DNA of 64,000 nucleotides, from contig CALXPP010000003.1 of NCBI GenBank assembly GCA_944390345.1, forward strand, positions 16,346 to 80,345, in the 5' to 3' direction. Under the pieces are notes generated by a model, which saw only the letters and a program-made list of their open reading frames with translations, did no database searches and was not told where the DNA came from. Position 1 is the stretch's first letter. Each line of letters begins with the position of its first letter. The position numbers and the translations under genes were made by a program. Positions 9,894 through 19,548 of the stretch are shown here, piece after piece. The stretch comes from an uncultured Clostridia bacterium (lineage in GTDB: Bacteria; Bacillota; Clostridia; TANB77; CAG-508).

Positions 9894-10199
9894 ACTAATA
9901 GATATGTAACTAGCATAAAAATAAATTTTATATTTTTCTATAAATCCAACGCAAGCTATAGCAAAATCTATAGCTTGCAAGTATAAATACCCAAAATTAG
10001 AATCTCTCTATGTATAATTCTATATCATAATATTGAATTTTTTGAAGCTATTTTATTTTGCGAAAAGAATTATAAAGAAAAAAATTTAAACTGATTTTAT
10101 GAAACAAATATATAGATATAAAAAGGTTTTGAAATTTTGCATAATATACTCTATATTGTATTATGAATCATTTTTTGTTAAAATACAATATTAAAAAAA

Positions 10200-10224
10200 G
10201 CAGAAAAAATACTATTTTTTCTGC
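10200..10224. terminator. bidirectional intrinsic terminator
   Basis: Perfect 11-bp stem GCAGAAAAAAT / ATTTTTTCTGC with a 3-nt loop, flanked by A7 and T5 runs. It lies downstream of the minus-strand rubredoxin-like gene. Confidence 0.8.
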
Positions 10225-10253
10225 TTTTTAAAAAATATTGTCGAAATTTAAAA

Positions 10254-10376
10254 TTATCCTTCAATTAGTTCAAATTGATCTTTTCCAACTCCACAAACTG
10301 GACATATAAAATCATCTGGCATTTCATTTTCAAATTCTACTTCATGTCCGCAAACTATACATCTATATTTTTTCAT
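10254..10376 (-). CDS. rubredoxin-like small CxxC..CPxCG metal-binding protein (40 aa, below the ORF-track cutoff)
   Basis: My translation is [40 protein letters not shown]. An AGGAGGT SD lies upstream of the ATG at 10376, and a terminator follows. Confidence 0.7.
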   Translation of the reverse strand: MKKYRCIVCGHEVEFENEMPDDFICPVCGVGKDQFELIEG

Positions 10377-10443
10377 CTAGTTTACCTCCTATTTATTTTT
10401 ATATATTTTACTGTAAAAGTTAATTTTATTCAAGTGTTTTTAA

Positions 10444-11853
10444 TTAATTTTTATAAAAAGCTTCATAAGCTTTATAGGCTTCATATATATCTACTTTACT
10501 TGTAATTTCAAAAGGTGAATGCATTGACATAAGTGGCAATCCGCAATCAATTACATCCATTCCTCTATTGGCCAAGGTATATGCAATAGTACCTCCACCA
10601 CCTTTATCTACTTTTCCAAGTTCAGCTGATTGATATTTTACATTAGCCATTTCAAAAATATTTCTTACTTTCGCAACAAATTCTGCAGAAGCTTCAGAAC
10701 CTCTAGACTTACCTGCTACACCTCCATATTTAGATAAACAAATTCCTTTTCCAAGTTCGGCACTATTTTTCTTTTCGAATACATCTGGAAATGTAGGATC
10801 ATAAGATGCTGTAACATCAGCAGATAATACTTCTGAATTTGAAAAAACTCTTTCTAACATATTTGGTCTATTTTGATTTGTTTTATCCAAAATCTCAGCT
10901 ATAAATTTTTCTAAAATCTTCGTTTCCATACCAGTATTTCCAATAAAACCAACTTCTTCTCTATCTGTTAATATACATATAGCTGTTTTTCTTGGATTTG
11001 TTATATTTAAAATTCCTCTTAGAGCAGTATAGCAACAAACTTTATCATCTTGACCATAACCTGCTACCATACTACTATCAAATCCTAAACTTCTTGCTTT
11101 AAATGCTGGAACAAATTCTATTTCTGAGCTTGTAAAATCTATTTCTGTAATTCCGTATTTTTCATTTAAAAGCTTTAGTATATTAAGCTTAATTTTTTCA
11201 AATGCTTTTGTTTTTTCATAAGGAATTGTTCCAAGTAAAATATTTAGTTCTTCTCCTGATATTCCATCTTTTAATTTTCTTTCATTTTGTATTTGAGATA
11301 AGTGAGGTGGTAAATCAGATATTGTAAAAACAGATTCTCCCTCTTCTTCTCCCCATATAACTTTTATTTTTTCTCCATTAGATTTTACAATTAATCCATG
11401 CATACTTAATGGTATTGTTACCCATTGATATTTTCTTATTCCACCATAATAATGTGTTTTAAATAATGAAAAACCTGAAGCTTCATATATAGGATTTTGT
11501 TTTAAGTCTATTCTTGGTGAATCAGCATGTGCTGCAACTAATTTTAATCCGTCTTCCATTGGTGCCTCACCAATCACTGCTGCAAATAAATTTCTCTCTC
11601 TATTTTCATAATATACTCTGTCTCCTGCATGTAATTCTGTAAAATCAGAAATATCTCTAAAGCCATTTTTTTGCAATATATCTTTAGATTCTTCAATTAT
11701 TTCTTTTTCAGTTTTTCCTTTATTTAAATAATATATATATTCATCTGCAAATTTAAAAATATCATTTTTTTCTTCATCTGTTCTTTCTAACCAGCCATTT
11801 TTTTTATTTAAAAAAAGTCTTTCTTTTAAATCTTCTCTTTCTAGTTCTTCCAT
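10444..11853 (-). CDS. M18-family aminopeptidase
   Basis: 469 aa with the motifs AAHADSPRIDLK, GQDDKVCCY, TDREEVG and SMHSPFE. Confidence 0.85.
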   Translation of the reverse strand: MEELEREDLKERLFLNKKNGWLERTDEEKNDIFKFADEYIYYLNKGKTEKEIIEESKDILQKNGFRDISDFTELHAGDRVYYENRERNLFAAVIGEAPMEDGLKLVAAHADSPRIDLKQNPIYEASGFSLFKTHYYGGIRKYQWVTIPLSMHGLIVKSNGEKIKVIWGEEEGESVFTISDLPPHLSQIQNERKLKDGISGEELNILLGTIPYEKTKAFEKIKLNILKLLNEKYGITEIDFTSSEIEFVPAFKARSLGFDSSMVAGYGQDDKVCCYTALRGILNITNPRKTAICILTDREEVGFIGNTGMETKILEKFIAEILDKTNQNRPNMLERVFSNSEVLSADVTASYDPTFPDVFEKKNSAELGKGICLSKYGGVAGKSRGSEASAEFVAKVRNIFEMANVKYQSAELGKVDKGGGGTIAYTLANRGMDVIDCGLPLMSMHSPFEITSKVDIYEAYKAYEAFYKN

Positions 11854-11888
11854 AATCTTCCTCCTTTTCTTATGTACGCTAACTTATT

Positions 11889-13190
11889 TTATACTACTTC
11901 TAATATTGTATTTGGCTTTTTAACTTTCTTGCTTGTAAATTTATAAGCCTTTTGCATATTTTCTACTGCCTCTGTCGCTTTCTCTGGAGTTGAAGCATGG
12001 ACATAAGCTAATATATCTCCCTTTTTTACTTCATCTGATATTTTCTTTACTAAAGTAATACCAACTGCATTATCTATAATATCTTCTTTTTGTTTTCTAC
12101 CCGCACCCAAATCTACACTTACTTGACCTACTATATTTGCATCTAATTTTTCCACAAAACCTGATTTTTCTGAAAGTACTGGCATAATATATTTTGCTTT
12201 TTCAAATTTTTCGATATCTTCTATATAAGAAATATCTCCACCTTGTTTTTCTACTAATTCTTTAAATTTTTTAAAGGCTTTTCCATTATTTATAACTTTT
12301 AAAATTTTTTCTTTATTTTCTACTATATTATCTCCTTTTTTTGCAAGTCTAATCATATATGCACCTAAAGTTAAAACTACTTCCTTTATATCTTCTGGCA
12401 TATCACCTTTTAGAGCCTTTACTGCCTCTATAATTTCTAAGTTATTTCCAACTGCATAACCTAAAGGTTCATCCATTGAAGTTATTATGCATTTTGTTTC
12501 TCTTTTTGACCATTCACCTATTAAATTCATCATTTTAGCTAAGTTTTTAGCTTCTGCTTTTGTTTTCATAAAAGCACCCGAACCACAAGTAACATCTAAA
12601 ACAATATGATTTGCTCCAGCTGCAATTTTCTTACTCATTATACTAGAAGCAATTAGAGGAACACTTTTTGCACAACTAATAGTATCTCTAAGTGCATAAA
12701 TTTTTTTATCAGCTGGTGCTAAATTTAATGTTTGACTAATTAGACTAATTTTTATATCTTTTACATTTTTCTTAAACTCTTCTATAGATAAGTTCACATT
12801 ATATCCCGGTATAGACTCTAATTTATCAGCTGTTCCTCCTGTTATGCCTAAACCTCTACCAGACATTTTTGCAACTGGTATTCCAAGAGAGGCTATAATA
12901 GGTGCTAAAATAATAGTAACTTTATCTCCTACTCCACCAGTACTATGTTTATCTACTATATTTTTTGAAATATCTTTCAAATCTAGTATATCTCCAGAGT
13001 TTGCCATTGCCATTGTTAGACTCAAAATTTCATCAGCAGTCATTCCATTAATACATATTGCCATAATTAAAGCTGCTGCTTGATAATCTGGTATAGTGCC
13101 ATTTGTATAATTTTCTACAAAAAATTCAATCTCCTTTTTTTCTAATTCTTTTCCTTCTCTTTTCTTATCTAATATTTTTAAAATATCCAT
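11889..13190 (-). CDS. pdp: pyrimidine-nucleoside (thymidine) phosphorylase, copy 1
   Basis: 433 aa with DKHSTGGVGDKVT and TGGTADKLESIPG. Confidence 0.9.
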   Translation of the reverse strand: MDILKILDKKREGKELEKKEIEFFVENYTNGTIPDYQAAALIMAICINGMTADEILSLTMAMANSGDILDLKDISKNIVDKHSTGGVGDKVTIILAPIIASLGIPVAKMSGRGLGITGGTADKLESIPGYNVNLSIEEFKKNVKDIKISLISQTLNLAPADKKIYALRDTISCAKSVPLIASSIMSKKIAAGANHIVLDVTCGSGAFMKTKAEAKNLAKMMNLIGEWSKRETKCIITSMDEPLGYAVGNNLEIIEAVKALKGDMPEDIKEVVLTLGAYMIRLAKKGDNIVENKEKILKVINNGKAFKKFKELVEKQGGDISYIEDIEKFEKAKYIMPVLSEKSGFVEKLDANIVGQVSVDLGAGRKQKEDIIDNAVGITLVKKISDEVKKGDILAYVHASTPEKATEAVENMQKAYKFTSKKVKKPNTILEVV

Positions 13191-13208
13191 TTTAAACCCT
13201 TTCTCTAA

Positions 13209-14510
13209 TTATAATATTTCCAATACTCTAGATTTATTGCTTAGCTTTTTATTTGTAATAATAAAAGCTTCTTGTAAATTTTTAGTAGCACCTAAAACTT
13301 TGCTTTCATCATCAGTATGAATAAAAGCCACTATCTCTCCACTAGTTACTACATCGCCTATTTTCTTCTTTAGCACAATACCAGCCTTTCTATTTATTTC
13401 TTCTTGATTCTTCATTCTTCCAGCTCCTAAATATATTGCTATACTTCCAACCATATCAGCATCTATGCTTTCTATAATTCCACTTGAGGTACTGTATACT
13501 GGCATAATATATTTTGCCTCTGGAAATTTTTCAGGATGCTCTACATATTCTAGGCTTCCATATTGAGCTGCAACCATTTCTTTAAACTTCTGGTAAGCTC
13601 TTCCACTTTTTATCGTTTCTCTAATAGTTACTGCATTTTGGTCTAAGTTTTTACTTTCTGTTGCCAAAGATAGCATTACACTTCCAAGAGCTACTACCAC
13701 CTCTCCTACATCTTGTGGCATGCTTCCTCTTAAAGATGCAATTGTCTCTTTAATTTCTAAATTATGACCTATTGCATAACCTAAAGGCTCATCCATTGAA
13801 GTAATTACGCAACCTACTTCTTTTCCTAAGGATTTTCCAAGTCTATTTAAAAGCTTAGCAAGTCTTTTGGCCTCTTCTCTAGTTTTTATATAAGTTCCTC
13901 TACCACAAGTAATATCAAACACAAATTTATTTCCACCTGTAGCAAGCTTTAAGCTCATTAAACTTGCTGCAATTAGGGGTAAACTGTCTGAGCAAGCTAT
14001 TTGGTTTCTTAATTTATACATTTTAGTTTCTACAGGTGCTAAATCAAAGTTTTGCTCTATTATGCTAACTCCTACTTTTTTTATTATTTCTTTAAATTCC
14101 TCTATAGTAATATCTGCATCAAAGCCTGGTATTGATTCTAATTTGTCAATTGTTCCTCCTGAAATTCCATAGCCTCTACTTGAAATTTTTGCAACTGGTA
14201 TTCCGAGTGCTGCTATTACTGGCATTAAAATAATAGTAACTTTATCTCCTACTCCACCAGTACTATGTTTATCTACAATATTATCTGATATTTCACTTAA
14301 ATCTATAGTTGTTCCAGATTCTGCCATTGCTTTTACTAATTCTAAAATTTCAGTTTCTGTTAATCCATTTATGTAAATATAGCTCATTAAAGCTGCGGCT
14401 TGTGCATCTGTTATTTCTTCTCTAGTATATTTACTTACAAAATAACGAATTTCATCTCTATTTAGCTCTTTTCTTTCTCTCTTTTTTTGAATAATACTTT
14501 TTATATCCAT
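13209..14510 (-). CDS. pdp: pyrimidine-nucleoside (thymidine) phosphorylase, copy 2 (tandem paralog)
   Basis: 433 aa with the same motifs as copy 1. It shares a ~51-nt identical block with copy 1. Confidence 0.9.
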   Translation of the reverse strand: MDIKSIIQKKRERKELNRDEIRYFVSKYTREEITDAQAAALMSYIYINGLTETEILELVKAMAESGTTIDLSEISDNIVDKHSTGGVGDKVTIILMPVIAALGIPVAKISSRGYGISGGTIDKLESIPGFDADITIEEFKEIIKKVGVSIIEQNFDLAPVETKMYKLRNQIACSDSLPLIAASLMSLKLATGGNKFVFDITCGRGTYIKTREEAKRLAKLLNRLGKSLGKEVGCVITSMDEPLGYAIGHNLEIKETIASLRGSMPQDVGEVVVALGSVMLSLATESKNLDQNAVTIRETIKSGRAYQKFKEMVAAQYGSLEYVEHPEKFPEAKYIMPVYSTSSGIIESIDADMVGSIAIYLGAGRMKNQEEINRKAGIVLKKKIGDVVTSGEIVAFIHTDDESKVLGATKNLQEAFIITNKKLSNKSRVLEIL

Positions 14511-14555
14511 TAATTTTTTTGAACTTACAGTTCTTCTCCTTTCTTTAGTATTTTA

Positions 14556-15182
14556 CTATATAAAATTTTTTATAAAAGTTTTTCTATGTAACATACAAGG
14601 ACCATTTTCTTTTAAAGCTTGTATATGTGCTGCTGTACCATATCCTTTATGTTTAGCAAAACCATATTCTGGAAATACTTTATCCCATTCCAGCATCATT
14701 CTATCTCTTGTAACCTTTGCGATAATTGAAGCTGCTGCTATAGAATATTCTTTTGCATCACCTTTAATAATTGATTTATAAGGTATTCCAAAAGTTTCAA
14801 TATTAGTTAATGCATCTACTAATATTAAATCTGGTTTTATTTCTAAGGATTCAATAGCTTTTTTCACAGCTAATTTTGTTGCATTTAATATATTTATTTC
14901 ATCTATAGTTTTTTGGTCAACAATTCCTGTACTATAACTAATTGCTGTATTTACTATTTCTTCAAATACTCTTTCTCTTTTCTTTTCTGAAATCTTTTTA
15001 GAATCGTTAACACCTTCAATTAATGAATCAGCTGGCAAAATAACAGCTCCTACAACTACTGGTCCTGCTAAAGGTCCTCTACCAGCTTCATCTATACCAC
15101 ATATATATTTTACTTTATTACTATATAAATTTTCTTCATCTTTTTTTAAATTTTTTAATCTATCTATCTCTTTTTCTTTCAT
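14556..15182 (-). CDS. rnhB: ribonuclease HII
   Basis: 208 aa with GIDEAGRGPLAGPVV and DSKK. Confidence 0.93.
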   Translation of the reverse strand: MKEKEIDRLKNLKKDEENLYSNKVKYICGIDEAGRGPLAGPVVVGAVILPADSLIEGVNDSKKISEKKRERVFEEIVNTAISYSTGIVDQKTIDEINILNATKLAVKKAIESLEIKPDLILVDALTNIETFGIPYKSIIKGDAKEYSIAAASIIAKVTRDRMMLEWDKVFPEYGFAKHKGYGTAAHIQALKENGPCMLHRKTFIKNFI

Positions 15183-15193
15183 TTTTTCCTTTA

Positions 15194-15667
15194 TTATCTT
15201 ACTCCTAACATTTCTGTTAAAGAAAAATATCTTGATCCGTCTGTATCTACAAAACCTTCTGAATATACTACTTCTCCACTCTCATAATTTACAAAATAGC
15301 TTTCACTAGATGATTCTAGCATTTCTGGATCTAATCCATTTTTAGATAGTGTATCTTGAGTCCATTTATACCAAAATTCATCTGTAGTGCTATCTGGAGA
15401 TATATTGTATTTTTCCATATTAGTAATACTTTCCTTAGTTCCCATATATTCATTTCCAGTACCTAAATCTGTACCTTCAAATTGATATTTTTCATATAAG
15501 CTTTCTGCTTTTGCTTGTACTAAGAGCATATTAGTTATATAAGTTTTTATTTTAGAATCTGACATAAGATTAGTAGTTGCTCCAACAGTAACTCCTACTA
15601 ATATTGCTAAAACAATTATTGTAATAACTAAAGCAGATAAAGTAACACCTTTTTGATTTTTTATCAT
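15194..15667 (-). CDS. prepilin-like N-terminal-helix protein (non-canonical, no Glu5)
   Basis: The N-terminus MIKNQKGVTLSALVITIIVLAILVG resembles a type IV prepilin leader plus hydrophobic helix, but position +5 is Ala. It is a paralog of 42109..42594. Confidence 0.45.
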   Translation of the reverse strand: MIKNQKGVTLSALVITIIVLAILVGVTVGATTNLMSDSKIKTYITNMLLVQAKAESLYEKYQFEGTDLGTGNEYMGTKESITNMEKYNISPDSTTDEFWYKWTQDTLSKNGLDPEMLESSSESYFVNYESGEVVYSEGFVDTDGSRYFSLTEMLGVR

Positions 15668-15831
15668 TTTTCCTCCGATTTTTAAGCTTATTTTAATCTT
15701 TTATTTGTATTATATCCATAGAACAAAAATATTTCAATATAAATAGAAAATTTTTCTATTTAAAACATATTACTTGTCTAATCCATTAAATTTAAGATAT
15801 AATATTATTATAAAATAGGAGGTAAAAAATT

Positions 15832-17154
15832 ATGGATAACGATAATGAATTTAATTATAGTGAAGAAAATCATTTTAAAGCTCCAAAAACTACAAAAAAA
15901 TCTAGAGGTTTTGGAAAAACTATTGTATTTCCATTTATCTCTGGAATATTAGGGGCTTCTGTTGTAATAGGTGCTTGCTTTGGAATTCCTAGTATAAAAG
16001 ATAAAATTATAGGTACAACTACAAGCTCTAGTTTTTCAACACCTACAAGTACTCAAACTACTTTAGATGTTGTTAATTTATCAGAATTTTCCAATACTTC
16101 AATTAATGTTGCTCAAAAAGTTCTTCCTTCAATTGTTGGAATAACAGTAAACTACAATGTAAATTCTGTATTTGGAAATAGTACTGCAAAAGCCACTGGT
16201 TCTGGTATAATAATTAGTGAAGATGGATATATAGTTACAAATAACCATGTTATTTCTAGTGAATCTAATGCTTCTTACTATGCAATAACAGAAGCTACTG
16301 GAATAACCGTTAATCTTTATAATGACTCTACTGAATATACTGCAACAATTGTAGGAACTGATTCATACACAGACTTAGCTGTTATTAAAATTGATGCTAC
16401 TGGATTAACTCCAGCTACACTTGGAAATTCAGATAATGTCCAAGTTGGAGAATTTGCTATGGCTGTTGGTAACCCTCTTGGAATGCAAAGTTCTGTAACT
16501 TCTGGAATTGTTAGTGCCGTAAATCGTGAAGTAACAACAGAAGATGGAACAACATATACAGCAATTCAAACAGATGCTGCTATAAACTCTGGTAATAGCG
16601 GTGGTGCTTTAGTAAATGCAAATGGTGAAGTAATTGGAATTAATACTTTAAAACTTTCTGGTGATGGAATTGAAGGTATGGGATTTGCAATACCCATAAA
16701 TTCTACTACAAAGGTAATTTCTGAATTAATTGAATATAAAGAAGTTAGAAGACCTTACATTGGTATTACTGGTTCAGCTGTTTCAGAAGAAATATCAACT
16801 CGTTACAATGTACCCCAAGGTGTTTATGTAGAAAGCGTTGAAGCAGGTGGTCCTGCTGAAGCTGCAGGCTTAAAAGTTGGAGATATTATTACAAAAATTC
16901 AAGGCACTGATGTTTCAACAGTTCAAGAATTAAACAATATTAAAAATACTTATAGTATTGGAGATGAAGTTACTTTAACAGTATATTCAAATAACGAATA
17001 CAAAGATGTAAAAATAACTCTTCAAGAACAAGTAGTAGAAGAAGCAACAAATAATAATGCTACAGTTCAACAAAATAGTAATACTTCAAGAGGAAATAGT
17101 AGTCAAGTTCCAAGTTCACCAGATGATTCAATATTTAAATATTTTTTTAACTAA
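15832..17154 (+). CDS. htrA: HtrA/DegP-family serine protease with PDZ domain
   Basis: 440 aa with an N-terminal TM segment, TNNHV, DLAVIK, GNSGGALVN, and a PDZ domain (GLKVGDIITKIQG). Confidence 0.9.
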   Translation: MDNDNEFNYSEENHFKAPKTTKKSRGFGKTIVFPFISGILGASVVIGACFGIPSIKDKIIGTTTSSSFSTPTSTQTTLDVVNLSEFSNTSINVAQKVLPSIVGITVNYNVNSVFGNSTAKATGSGIIISEDGYIVTNNHVISSESNASYYAITEATGITVNLYNDSTEYTATIVGTDSYTDLAVIKIDATGLTPATLGNSDNVQVGEFAMAVGNPLGMQSSVTSGIVSAVNREVTTEDGTTYTAIQTDAAINSGNSGGALVNANGEVIGINTLKLSGDGIEGMGFAIPINSTTKVISELIEYKEVRRPYIGITGSAVSEEISTRYNVPQGVYVESVEAGGPAEAAGLKVGDIITKIQGTDVSTVQELNNIKNTYSIGDEVTLTVYSNNEYKDVKITLQEQVVEEATNNNATVQQNSNTSRGNSSQVPSSPDDSIFKYFFN

Positions 17155-17177
17155 CTAATCCCCTTATTATATATTAA

Positions 17178-17208
17178 AAATCCACTAACTTAAAACATTA
17201 GTGGATTT
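17178..17208. terminator. bidirectional intrinsic terminator (htrA / YibE-F convergent)
   Basis: Stem AAATCCACTAA / TTAGTGGATTT with flanking A and T runs. Confidence 0.8.
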
Positions 17209-17233
17209 TTACTTTATTTATTTTAATTTTAAT

Positions 17234-18448
17234 CTAAAGCTTTAAACTTCTTTTTCCATCTATTAAATTTTCTGAAGTTGTTTTATAAATTGTTTTTTTT
17301 CTATTTAAGAAGGCATATACAAAAGCTGTTATAGGTATTGTATATACAACTCCCATGCTTCCTGCTAAGGCCGAAATTATTTCTTCTGCAATAGTATCTT
17401 GATTTAAAATATCTGCAAGTGGTATATTGCAAGCCATAAATAATAGTATAAGTTTTAAGGCTCCACCTACATATGCTAGAATTAAAGTATTAGTCATTGT
17501 ACCAATAACATCTCTACCTATATTCATACCGCTTTTAAATAATTCCTTCCAAGATATGTCTTTTGTTTTAGTTTTTATTTCATCTAGGCTAGAAGCTATA
17601 CTCATTCCAACATCCATACATGCTCCTAAGGCAGAAATTACAATTCCAGCAAATATTAGATCTCTAAAATTAAAAGAAACAGTTTGCATATTTATACTTA
17701 ATTGTATAGCATCTTCACAAGCACCAGAAAGCTCAGATAAATAACTAAATATAGATGCCACTATTCCAGCTGAAATAACTCCTCCTAATGTTCCTATTAT
17801 TGCTGTAAGAACTTTTTTATTTATTCCTCCTATAACAATAAATGTTCCTATAATTATAACAGCACAAGTTAAAATAGATACCCAAATTGCGTTATATCCA
17901 GCAAAAATTAATTTTATTAGTATGAACCATACTGCTAATATTGTGATTATAAGTCCTATAATCGCTTTTATACCTTTTTTTCCTCCTACTAAGATAATAC
18001 TTAGCAAAAAGATTAAAACTAGTAAATATATGTATGTAGAACGAACTACTCCTTCTACAGTTGGTATTACATTTCCATTTGCATCTGCTTCTAAGCTTAC
18101 TGTTACTATATCTCCCTTTCTAAGCTCATATGCTAATATTTTTCCATCTATATCATAAGATAAAATAAATTCTGTATCAAATTCTTTTGTTTCATATTCT
18201 CCATCTAAAATTTCAATTTTTATCTGTTGCACTGTGTCTTCTATATTTCCAGTGGTCTTTTTTGTTACTTCTCCTATTTCTATAACTTTTGCTTTTGCTC
18301 TTACTGTACTTTTTTCGTCTGTGCTTACATTTTCTGTTTGTGCTTCTTCTGTTTGCGCTACTTCAGGCACTTCTTCTGCAAAAGCTACATTAATAAAAAG
18401 GCTTATCATTAGTACAAATGTTAGTGTGACAAGTATTACTTTTTTCAA
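17234..18448 (-). CDS. YibE/F-family multi-pass membrane protein
   Basis: 404 aa with a signal peptide, an extracytoplasmic N-domain, and then about 7 TM segments. Family assignment is from memory. Confidence 0.55.
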   Translation of the reverse strand: MKKVILVTLTFVLMISLFINVAFAEEVPEVAQTEEAQTENVSTDEKSTVRAKAKVIEIGEVTKKTTGNIEDTVQQIKIEILDGEYETKEFDTEFILSYDIDGKILAYELRKGDIVTVSLEADANGNVIPTVEGVVRSTYIYLLVLIFLLSIILVGGKKGIKAIIGLIITILAVWFILIKLIFAGYNAIWVSILTCAVIIIGTFIVIGGINKKVLTAIIGTLGGVISAGIVASIFSYLSELSGACEDAIQLSINMQTVSFNFRDLIFAGIVISALGACMDVGMSIASSLDEIKTKTKDISWKELFKSGMNIGRDVIGTMTNTLILAYVGGALKLILLFMACNIPLADILNQDTIAEEIISALAGSMGVVYTIPITAFVYAFLNRKKTIYKTTSENLIDGKRSLKL

Positions 18449-18479
18449 TTCAAAACCTCCTAAATCTATTTATAGAATT

Positions 18480-19349
18480 CTAAAAAATAACAATATCCAT
18501 TTCATTTGTATAATCTGTATTTCCATAAGCATAAACTATATATACATAACCTTCATCAGTTAAGAAAAATGTACTTGCATTCTCTACTTTATACATATCA
18601 CTATCTAAATCTCTTTCGTATAAGTTTCCATAATCTGCTGCAATAATTTTAGCATTTGTATCTGCAATTTTTATATCTTCATCAATTGTATCTTGTACAG
18701 ATTTTACTGTTGTTTTCTTTAAATTTATTAAATCTTCTAAAGTTACTTGTCTATCTGCAGACATACTATAATTGTATGTTTTTATAGAAACTCTTTCTGC
18801 ATTATTTCCTTCTTTTAAAGCTGCTTTTATAACTACAGAAACAATATCTTCATTTATAAAGGCTTGATAAGAAACATTATATACTACAAATTCTTCTGTC
18901 TGTCTCATAATACTATTTGCTTTATCGTAAAATTCTGTTCTTATACTATTATTTATTTCATTTACAACTTCTGAATTAATATTAATTGTAGGTATAGTTG
19001 CATTTACTGTATAATAGTTTTCGTCTGCATTTTCTAATTGATACATTGAATACACTAAGTCATTTTCTTCTTTAATTTTTTCTACATTAACATTTTCACT
19101 TTTTATATTAAGTTCGTTTTTAAAAATATTATTAAATTCTACTTCTAAAGCTGCAAGTTCTTCCGCAGTTTTTTGACTACCTATATTTATTCCTATCATT
19201 AAAGGATCAGTTTCAGAATATTTATAAAAGAATTGTATATATATTCCAATACATAAAGCCATTATACAAATTAAGGTTAAACCTAAAAAAAATAGCACTT
19301 TATTTCTTCCCTTTAATTTACTAACAAATCTTCTTAATGCTCTTATCAT
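18480..19349 (-). CDS. membrane-anchored hypothetical protein (possibly DUF4163/DUF3298-like)
   Basis: 289 aa with one N-terminal TM segment. The C-terminus FFLTDEGYVYIVYAYG is reminiscent of DUF3298. Function unknown. Confidence 0.5.
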   Translation of the reverse strand: MIRALRRFVSKLKGRNKVLFFLGLTLICIMALCIGIYIQFFYKYSETDPLMIGINIGSQKTAEELAALEVEFNNIFKNELNIKSENVNVEKIKEENDLVYSMYQLENADENYYTVNATIPTININSEVVNEINNSIRTEFYDKANSIMRQTEEFVVYNVSYQAFINEDIVSVVIKAALKEGNNAERVSIKTYNYSMSADRQVTLEDLINLKKTTVKSVQDTIDEDIKIADTNAKIIAADYGNLYERDLDSDMYKVENASTFFLTDEGYVYIVYAYGNTDYTNEMDIVIF

Positions 19350-19548
19350 AATTTTCTCCTCTTTTTAAAATTGCTCTTATTATAACATTATATTTAAAAA
19401 ATTTCAATTTTTATTTATTATTTAACTTTGTTTTGTGAAAACCGTGTAAAAATCATTGACTTAATTTACAAAATAATGTAGTATAATACTATTAAATACT
19501 TTTGTTTTTAAGAAAATATTTGGATAAATTTAAGAGGTGAATCAAGAT

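Noticed and set aside
9951-9978. A perfect 11-bp hairpin GCAAGCTATAG / CTATAGCTTGC lies downstream of ylbJ.
   Set aside because: It has no U-tract on either strand, so I did not call it an intrinsic terminator. It could be a weak terminator or RNA stabiliser, but I have no further support.
19350-19536. I looked for a CtsR operator (GGTCAAA direct repeat) upstream of the clp ATPase.
   Set aside because: No GGTCAAA-type repeat is visible in the leader.
19537-19548. The GTG at 19537 might be the clp ATPase start.
   Set aside because: The GTG is part of the AAGAGGTG SD. The ATG at 19549 (MLCSVCNK...) is the plausible start.
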